From the NCBI GenBank assembly GCA_002189035.1, contig NEEC01000444.1, positions 1-27,173 on the forward strand: a stretch of DNA of 27,173 nt, written 5' to 3'. Below, piece by piece: positions 14,878 to 24,159 of this stretch. The notes under the pieces were generated by a model, which searched no databases, had not been told where the DNA came from, and saw only the letters and a list, made by a program, of their open reading frames with translations. The position numbers and the translations under genes are program-made. Within the stretch, counting starts at the first letter, position 1. Every line of letters begins with the position of its first letter. This stretch comes from Utricularia gibba (Eukaryota; Plantae; Magnoliophyta).

Positions 14878-17052
14878 AAGTATAAAGTAAGTTGTTGAAA
14901 AAATCATGTGGGGTGCACATGATATCGCAATTTAAACAAATGCATCATTTTTTTTAATCGATTTGCATCCGGTTGACCTCATGAGCCATACAGAATCGGG
15001 GTCAAGACCAAGTTCCCAGCGAGACTGGCCGCCACAAAACGAGAAGCGGTTCCTTGAAAAACCATGTAGGCAGCCCCGAAAACCGAACGATAATAAATAC
15101 ATCACTTTATTTGTCGGGCTACAACTAACTCTCGCGCAAGCCAAACCTTACCTTTGTCCCGTTCCAGCTGCACCCAAGACCGCCTCCTCAAGTATAAAGT
15201 AAGTTGTTGAAAAAATCATGTGGGGTGCACATGATATCGCAATTTAAACAAATGCATCATTTTTTTTTAATCGATTTGCATCCGGTTGACCTCATGAGCC
15301 ATACAGAATCGGGGTCAAGGACCAAGTTCCCAGCGAGACTGGCCGCCACAAAACGAGAAGCGGTTCCTTGAAAAACCATGTAGCCCCGAAAACCGAACGA
15401 TATAAATACATCACTTTATTTGTGGGCTACAACTAACTCTCGGCGCAAGCCAAACCTTACCTTTGTCCCGTTCAGGTGCACCCAAGACCGCCTCCTCAAG
15501 TATAAAGTAAGTTGTTGAAAAAATCATGTGGGGTGCACGTGATATCGCAATTTAAACAAATGCATCATTTTTTTTAATCGATTTGCATCCGGTTGACCTC
15601 ATGAGCCATACAGAATCGGGGTCAAGGACCAAGTTCCCAGCGAGACTGGCCGCCACAAAACGAGAAGCGGTTCCTTGAAAAACCATGTAGGCAGCCCCGA
15701 AAACCGAACGATAATAAATACATCACTTTATTTTTCGGGCTACAACTAACTCTCGGCGCAAGCCAAACCTTACCTTTGTCCGTTCAGTGCACCCAAGACG
15801 CCTCCTCAAGTATAAAGTAAGTTGTTGAAAAAATCATGTGGGGTGCACGTGATATCGCAATTTAAACAAATGCATCATTTTTTTTAATCGATTTGCATCC
15901 GGTTGACCTCATGAGCCATACAGAATCGGGTCAAGGACCAAGTTCCCAGCGAGACTGGCCGCCACAAAACGAGAAGCGGTTCCTTGAAAAACCATGTAGG
16001 CAGCCCCGAAAACGAACGATAATAAATACATCACTTTATTTGCCGGGCTACAACTAACTCTCGCGCAAGCCAAACCTTACCTTTGTCCCGTTCCAGCTGC
16101 ACCCCAAGACCGCCTCCTCAAGTATAAAGTAAGTTGTTGAAAAAATCATGTGGGGTGCACATGATATCGCAATTTAAACAAATGCATCATTTTTTTTAAT
16201 CGATTTGCATCCGGTTGACCTCATGAGCCATACAGAATCGGGGTAAAGGACCAATTTCCCAGCGAGACTGGCCGCCACAAAACGAGAAGCGGTTCCTTGA
16301 AAAACCATGTAGGCAGCCCCGAAAACCGAACGATATAAATTTATCACTTTATTTGGGGGCTACAACTAACTCTCGGCGCAAGCCAAACCTTACCTTTGTC
16401 CCGTTCAGGTGCACCCCAAGACCGCCTCCCCAAGTATAAAGTAAGTTGTTGAAAAATCATGTGGGGTGCACGTGATATCGCAATTTAAACAAATGCATCA
16501 TTTTTTTAATCGATTTGCATCCGGTTGACCTCATGAGCCATACAGAATCGGGTCAAGGACCAAGTTCCCAGCGAGACTGGCGCCACAAAACGAGAAGCGG
16601 TTCCTTGAAAAACCATGTAGGCAGCCCCGAAAACCGAACGAAATAAATACATCACTTTATTTGTCGGGCTACAACTAACTCTCGGCGCAAGCCAAACCTT
16701 ACCTTTGTCCCGTTCCAGTGCACCCAAGACCGCCTCCTCAAGTATAAAGTAAGTTGTTGAAAAATCATGTGGGGTGCACATGATATCGCAATTTAAACAA
16801 ATGCATCATTTTTTTTAATCGATTTGCATCCGGTTGACCTCATGAGCCATACAGAATCGGGGTCAAGGACCAAGTTCCCAGCGAGACTGGCCGCCACAAA
16901 ACGAGAAGCGGTTCCTTGAAAAAACCATGTAGGCAGCCCCGAAAACCGAACGATAATAAATACATCACTTTATTTGTCGGCTACAACTAACTCTCGGCGC
17001 AAGCCAAACCTTACCTTTGTCCCGTTCCAGCTGCACCCAAGACCGCCTCCTC

Positions 17053-17306
17053 AAGTATAAAGTAAGTTGTTGAAAAAAATCATGTGGGGTGCACGTGATA
17101 TCGCAATTTAAACAAATGCATCATTTTTTTAATCGATTTGCATCCGGTTGACCTCATGCGGCGGTTCCTTGAAAAACCATGTAGGCAGCCCCGAAAACCG
17201 AACGATAATAAATACATCACTTTATTTGCCGGGCTACAACTAACTCTCGCCGCAAGCCAAACCTTACCTTTGTCCCGTTCCAGCTGCACCCCAAGACCGC
17301 CTCCTC
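17053..17306 (+). repeat. Truncated monomer (254 bp) with a ~61-bp internal deletion in subunit A
   Basis: Junction ACCTCATG-CG-GCGGTTCC at 17151-17168; the consensus stretch AGCCATAC...GAGAA is absent. Confidence 0.9.
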
Positions 17307-20300
17307 AAGTATAAAGTAAGTTGTTGAAAAATCATGTGGGGTGCACATGATATCGCAATTTAAACAAATGCATCATTTTTTTAATCGATTTGCATCCGGT
17401 TGACCTCATGAGCCATACAGAATCGGGGTCAAGGACCAAGTTCCCAGCGAGACTGGCCGCCACAAAACGAGAAGCGGTTCCTTGAAAAACCATGTAGGCA
17501 GCCCCGAAAACCGAACGATAATAAATACATCACTTTATTTGCCGGGCTACAACTAACTCTCGCCGCAAGCCAAACCTTACCTTTGTCCCGTTCCAGCTGC
17601 ACCCAAGACCGCCTCCTCAAGTATAAAGTAAGTTGTTGAAAAAATCATGTGGGGTGCACATGATATCGCAATTTAAACAAATGCATCATTTTTTTTAATC
17701 GATTTGCATTCGGTTGACCTCATGAGCCATACAAAATCGGGGTCAAGGACCAATTTCCCAGCGAGACTGGCCGCCACAAAACGAGAAGCGGTTCCTTGAA
17801 AAACCATGTAGGCAGTCCCCGAAAACCGAACGATATCAAATATCACTTTATTTGTGGGGCTACAACTAACTCTCGGCGCAAGCCAAACCTTACCTTTGTC
17901 CCGTTCAAGGTGCACCCCAAGACCGCCTCCCCAAGTATAAAGTAAGTTGTTGAAAAAAATCATGTGGGGTGCACGTGATATCGCAATTTAAACAAATGCA
18001 TCATTTTTTTTAATCGATTTGCATCCGGTTGACCTCATGAGCCATACAGAATCGGGGTCAAAACCAAGTTCCCAGCGAGACTGGCCGCCAAAAACGAGAA
18101 GCGGTTCCTGAAAAACCATGTAGGCAGCCCCCGAAAACCGAACGATAAAAAATACATCACTTTATTTGCCGGGCTACAACTAACTCTCGCCGCAAGCCAA
18201 ACCTTACCTTTGTCCCGTTCCAGCTGCACCCAAGACCGCCTCCTCAAGTATAAAGTAAGTTGTTGAAAAAATCATGTGGGGTGCACATGATATCGCAATT
18301 TAAACAAATGCATCATTTTTTTTAATCGATTTGCATCCGGTTGACCTCATGAGCCATACAGAATCGGGGTCAAGGACCAAGTTCCCAGCGAGACTGGCCG
18401 CCACAAAACGAGAAGCGGTTCCTTGAAAAACCATGTAGGCAGCCCCCCGAACGATAATAAATACATCACTTTATTTGTCGGGCTACAACTAACTCTCGGC
18501 GCAAGCCAAACCTTACCTTTGTCCGTTCAGGTGCACCCCAAGACGCCTCCTCAAGTATAAAGTAAGTTGTTGAAAAAAAATCATGTGGGTGCACGTGATA
18601 TCGCAATTTAAACAAATGCATCATTTTTTTTAATCGATTTGCATCCGGTTGACCTCATGAGCCATACAGAATCGGGGTCAAGGACCAAGTTCCCAGCGAG
18701 ACTGGCCGCCACAAAACGAGAAGCGGTTCCTTGAAAAACCATGTAGGCAGCCCCCGAAAACCGAACGATAATAAATACATCACTTTATTTGCCGGGCTAC
18801 AACTAACTCTCGCGCAAGCCAAACCTTACCTTGTCCCGTTCCAGCTGCACCCCAAGACCGCCTCCTCAAGTATAAAGTAAGTTGTTGAAAAATCATGTGG
18901 GGTGCACATGATATCGCAATTTAAACAAATGCATCATTTTTTTTAATCGATTTGCATCCGGTTGACCTCATGAGCCATACAGAATCGGGGTCAAGGACCA
19001 AGTTCCCAGCGAGACTGGCCGCCACAAAACGAGAAGCGGTTCCTTGAAAAACCATGTAGGCAGCCCCGAAAACCGAACGATAATAAATACATCACTTTAT
19101 TTGCCGGGCTACAACTAACTCTCGCGCAAGCCAAACCTTACCTTTGTCCCGTTCAGCTGCACCCAAGACCGCCTCCTCAGTATAAAGTAAGTTGTTGAAA
19201 AAATCATGTGGGGTGCACATGATATCGCAATTTAAACAAATGCATCATTTTTTTTAATCGATTTGCATCCGGTTGACCTCATGAGCCATACAGAATCGGG
19301 GTCAAGGACCAAGTTCCCAGCGAGACTGGCCGCCACAAAACGAGAAGCGGTTCCTTGAAAAACCATGTAGGTAGCCCCGAAAACCGAACGATAAAAATTA
19401 TCACTTTATTTGTGGGGCTATAACTAACTCTCGGCGCAAGCCAAACCTTACCTTTGTCCCGTTCAGGTGCACCCCAAGACGCCTCCTCAAGTATAAAGTA
19501 AGTTGTTGAAAAAAATCATGTGGGGTGCACGTGATATCGCAATTTAAACAAATGCATCATTTTTTTTAATCGATTTGCATCCGGTTGACCTCATGAGCCA
19601 TACAGAATCGGGTCAAGGACCAAGTTCCCAGCGAGACTGGCCGCCACAAAACGAGAAGCGGTTCCTTGAAAAACCATGTAGGCAGCCCCCGAAAACCGAA
19701 CGATAATAAATACATCACTTTATTTGGGGCTACAACTAACTCTCGCGCAAGCCAAACCTTACCTTTGTCCGTTCAGGTGCACCCAAGACCGCCTCCTCAA
19801 GTATAAAGTAAGTTGTTGAAAAAATCATGTGGGGTGCACATGATATCGCAATTTAAACAAATGCATCATTTTTTTTAATCGATTTGCATCCGGTTGACCT
19901 CATGAGCCATACAGAATCGGGGTCAAGGACCAAGTTCCCAGCGAGACTGGCCGCCACAAAACGAGAAGCGGTTCCTTGAAAAACCATGTAGGCAGCCCCG
20001 AAAACCGAACGATAATAAATACATCACTTTATTGTGGGGCTACAACTAACTCTCGCCGCAAGCCAAACCTTACCTTTGTCCCGTTCCAGCTGCACCCCAA
20101 GACCGCCTCCTCAAGTATAAAGTAAGTTGTTGAAAAAATCATGTGGGGTGCACATGATATCGCAATTTAAACAAATGCATCATTTTTTTTAATCGATTTG
20201 CATCCGGTTGACCTCATGAGCCATACAGAATCGGGGTAAAGGACCAATTCCCAGCGAGACTGGCCGCCACAAAACGAGAAGCGGTTCCTTGAAAAACCAT

Positions 20301-20396
20301 GTAGGCAGCCCCGAAAACCGAACGATATAAATACATCACTTTATTGTCGGGCTACAACTAACTCTCGGCGCAAGCCAAACCTTACCTTTGTCCCGT

Positions 20397-20468
20397 TCAG
20401 GTGCACCCCAAGACCGCCTCCTCAAGTATAAAGTAAGTTGTTGAAAAAATCATGTGGGGTGCACGTGA
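20397..20468. repeat. 14-bp inverted repeat with a 44-bp spacer spanning each monomer junction (example copy)
   Basis: Left arm TCAGGTGCACCCCA (20397-20410); right arm TGGGGTGCACGTGA (20455-20468). The reverse complement of the left arm is TGGGGTGCACCTGA, a 13/14 match. Confidence 0.85.
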
Positions 20469-23400
20469 TATCGCAATTTAAACAAATGCATCATTTTTTT
20501 TAATCGATTTGCATCCGGTTGACCTCATGAGCCATACAGAATCGGGGTCAAGGACCAAGTTCCCAGCGAGACTGGCGCCACAAAACGAGAAGTGAAAAAC
20601 CATGTAGGCAGCCCCCGAAAACCGAACGATAAAAAATACATCACTTTATTTGCCGGGCTACAACTAACTCTCGCCGCAAGCCAAACCTTACCTTTGTCCC
20701 GTTCCAGCTGCACCCCAAGACCGCCTCCTCAAGTATAAAGTAAGTTGTTGAAAAAAATCATGTGGGGTGCACATGATATCGCAATTTAAACAAATGCATC
20801 ATTTTTTTTAATCGATTTGCATCCGGTTGACCTCATGAGCCATACAAATCGGGGTCAAGGACCAAGTTCCCAGCGAGACTGGCCGCCACAAAACGAGAAG
20901 CGGTTCCTTGAAAAACCATGTAGGCAGCCCCCGAAAAACCGAACGATAATAAATACATCACTTTATTTGTCGGGCTACAACTAACTCTCGGCGCAAGCCA
21001 AACCTTACCTTTGTCCCGTTCCTGCACCCAAGACCGCCTCCTCAAGTATAAAGTAAGTTGTTGAAAAAATCATGTGGGGTGCACGTGATATCGCAATTTA
21101 AACAAATGCATCATTTTTTTTAATCGATTTGCATCCGGTTGACCTCATGAGCCATACAGAATCGGGGTCAAGACCAAGTTCCCAGCGAGACTGGCCGCCA
21201 CAAAACGAGAAGCGGTTCCTTGAAAAAACCATGTAGGCAGCCCCGAAAAACCGAACGATAAAAAATACATCACTTTATTTGCCGGGCTACAACTAACTCT
21301 CGCGCAAGCCAAACCTTACCTTTGTCCCGTTCCAGCTGCACCCCAAGACCGCCTCCTCAAGTATAAAGTAAGTTGTTGAAAAAATCATGTGGGGTGCACA
21401 TGATATCGCAATTTAAACAAATGCATCATTTTTTTAATCGATTTGCATCCGGTTGACCTCATGAGCCATACAGAATCGGGTAAAGGACCAAGTTCCCAGC
21501 GAGACTGGCCCCACAAAACGAGAAGCGGTTCCTTGAAAAACCATGTAGGCAGCCCCGAAAACCGAACGATATAAATTTATCACTTTATTGTGGGCAACTA
21601 ACTCTCGGCGCAAGCCAAACCTTACCCCGTTCAGGTGCACCCCAAGACCGCCTCCTCAAGTATAAAGTAAGTTGTTGAAAAAAATCATGGGGTGCACGTG
21701 ATATCGCAATTTAAACAAATGCATCATTTTTTTTAATCGATTTGCATCCGGTTGACCTCATGAGCCATACAGAATCGGGTCAAGGACCAAGTTCCCAGCG
21801 AGACTGGCCGCCACAAAACGAGAAGCGGTTCCTTGAAAAACCATGTAGGCAGCCCCCGAAAACCGAACGATAATAAATACATCACTTTATTTGCCGGGCT
21901 ACAACTAACTCTCGCGCAAGCCAAACCTTACCTTTGTCCCGTTCCAGCTGCACCCCAAGACCGCCTCCTCAAGTATAAAGTAAGTTGTTGAAAAAATCAT
22001 GTGGGTGCACATGATATCGCAATTTAAACAAATGCATCATTTTTTTTAATCGATTTGCATCCGGTTGACCTCATGAGCCATACAGAATCGGGGTAAAGGA
22101 CCAAGTTCCCAGCGAGACTGGCCGCCACAAAACGAGAAGCGGTTCCTTGAAAAACCATGTAGGCAGCCCCCGAAAACCGAACGATATAAATACATCACTT
22201 TATTGTGGGGCTACAACTAACTCTCGCGCAAGCCAAACCTTACCTTTGTCCCGTTCCAGCTGCACCCCAAGACCGCCTCCTCAAGTATAAAGTAAGTTGT
22301 TGAAAAAATCATGTGGGTGCACATGATATCGCAATTTAAACAAATGCATCATTTTTTTTAATCGATTTGCATTCGGTTGACCTCATGAGCCATACAGAAT
22401 CGGGGTAAAGGACCAATTTCCAGCGAGACTGGCCGCCACAAAACGAGAAGCGGTTCCTTGAAAAACCATGTAGGCAGCCCCGAAAACCGAACGATATAAA
22501 TTTATCACTTTATTTGGGGCTACAACTAACTCTCGGCGCAAGCCAAACCTTACCTTTGTCCCGTTCAGGTGCACCCCAAGACCGCCTCCCAAGTATAAAG
22601 TAAGTTGTTGAAAAAAATCATGTGGGGTGCACGTGATATCGCAATTTAAACAAATGCATCATTTTTTTTAATCGATTTGCATCCGGTTGACCTCATGAGC
22701 CATACAGAATCGGGGTCACCAAGTTCCCAGCGAGACTGGCCGCCACAAAACGAGAAGCGGTTCCTTGAAAAACCATGTAGGCAGCCCCGAAAACCGAACG
22801 ATAAAATACATCACTTTATTTGCGGGCTACAACTAACTCTCGCGCAAGCCAAACCTTACCTTTGTCCCGTTCCAGCTGCACCCCAAGACCGCCTCCTCAA
22901 GTATAAAGTAAGTTGTTGAAAAAATCATGTGGGTGCACATGATATCGCAATTTAAACAAATGCATCATTTTTTTTTAATCGATTTGCATCCGGTTGACCT
23001 CATGAGCCATACAGAATCGGGGTCAAGGACCAAGTTCCCAGCGAGACTGGCCGCCACAAAACGAGAAGCGGTTCCTTGAAAAACCATGTAGGCAGCCCCG
23101 AAAACCGAACGATAATAAAACATCACTTTATTTGGGGCTACAACTAACTCTCGCGCAAGCCAAACCTTACCTTTGTCCCGTTCCAGTGCACCCCAAGACC
23201 GCCTCCTCAAGTATAAAGTAAGTTGTTGAAAAAATCATGTGGGGTGCACATGATATCGCAATTTAAACAAATGCATCATTTTTTTTAATCGATTTGCATC
23301 CGGTTGACCTCATGAGCCATACAAAATCGGGGTCAAGGACCAATTTCCAGCGAGACTGGCCGCCACAAAACGAGAAGCGGTTCCTTGAAAAACCATGTAG

Positions 23401-23829
23401 GTAGCCCCGAAAACCGAACGATATAAATACATCACTTTATTGTGGGCTACAACTAACTCTCGCGCAAGCCAAACCTTACCTTTGTCCCGTTCAGGTGCAC
23501 CCCAAGACCGCCTCTCAAGTATAAAGTAAGTTGTTGAAAAATCATGTGGGGTGCACGTGATATCGCAATTTAAACAAATGCATCATTTTTTTTAATCGAT
23601 TTGCATCCGGTTGACCTCATGAGCCATACAGAATCGGGGTCAAGACCAAGTTCCCAGCGAGACTGGCCGCCACAAAACGAGAAGCGGTTCCTTGAAAAAC
23701 CATGTAGGCAGCCCCCGAAAACCGAACGATAAAAAAATACATCACTTTATTTGCCGGGCTACAACTAACTCTCGCGCAAGCCAAACCTTACCTTTGTCCC
23801 GTTCCAGTGCACCCCAAGACCGCCTCCTC

Positions 23830-24142
23830 AAGTATAAAGTAAGTTGTTGAAAAAATCATGTGGGGTGCACATGATATCGCAATTTAAACAAATGCATCAT
23901 TTTTTTTAATCGATTTGCATCCGGTTGACCTCATGAGCCATACAGAATCGGGGTCAAGGACCAAGTTCCCAGCGAGACTGGCCGCCACAAAACGAGAAGC
24001 GGTTCCTTGAAAAACCATGTAGGCAGCCCCGAAAACCGAACGATAATAAATACATCACTTTATTTGTCGGGCTACAACTAACTCTCGGCGCAAGCCAAAC
24101 CTTACCTTTGTCCGTTCAGGTGCACCCCAAGACCGCCTCCTC
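23830..24142 (+). repeat. Representative near-consensus monomer (313 bp)
   Basis: Runs from one AAGTATAAAG anchor (23830) to the base before the next (24143), with few differences from the consensus. Confidence 0.95.
23847..24006 (+). repeat. Subunit A (~160 bp) of the monomer, shown in a representative copy; present in every monomer
   Basis: Starts TTGAAAAAATCATGTGGG and aligns colinearly with subunit B (TTGAAAAACCATGTAGG...). Example block: AAATGCATCATTTTTTTT (A) vs AAATACATCACTTTATTT (B), 15/18 identical. Confidence 0.85.
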
Positions 24143-24159
24143 AAGTATAAAGTAAGTTG
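24007..24159 (+). repeat. Subunit B (~153-155 bp) of the monomer, shown in a representative copy; present in every monomer
   Basis: Hand alignment of the consensus A and B halves gives about 88/160 identities (~55%) with only 5 single-base gaps. Confidence 0.85.

Noticed and set aside
23901-23920. snRNA or Pol III gene signals: octamer ATTTGCAT and a T8 run
   Set aside because: These are isolated short motifs with no recognisable RNA coding region or proximal promoter element. The T-run is homologous to CTTTATTT in subunit B, so it is part of the repeat ancestry.
23930-23937. Hammerhead-ribozyme satellite or retrozyme (CTCATGA resembles CTGATGA; unit size is similar)
   Set aside because: The essential G of CUGANGA is C on both strands, and no stem II followed by GAAA is present.
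23908-23988. Minus-strand fragments resembling initiator tRNA-Met (GTGGCG...GCTGGG...GAGGTC...GGATGCAAA)
   Set aside because: No acceptor stem, anticodon arm or proper B box. The matches are short and need a long insertion.
24028-24040. CENP-B box-like motif (minus strand TTCGGTTTTCGGG)
   Set aside because: Spacing between TTCG and CGGG is 5 nt rather than 7, and the conserved central A is missing.
24076-24082. Spliced-leader RNA gene array (AACTAAC start as in kinetoplastids; GTAAGT and AAG/GTAAGG donor-like sites)
   Set aside because: There is no further match to any spliced leader I know, and no donor plus Sm-site arrangement at suitable spacing.
23830-24142. Identity with the ~313-bp Silene latifolia subtelomeric SacI/KpnI satellite (length match, from memory)
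   Set aside because: The consensus has no GAGCTC or GGTACC site, and length alone is not evidence.
23830-24142. Cassandra/TRIM tandem array or LTR-derived unit
   Set aside because: No primer-binding site (TGGTATCAGAGC-like), polypurine tract or LTR/internal alternation is visible.
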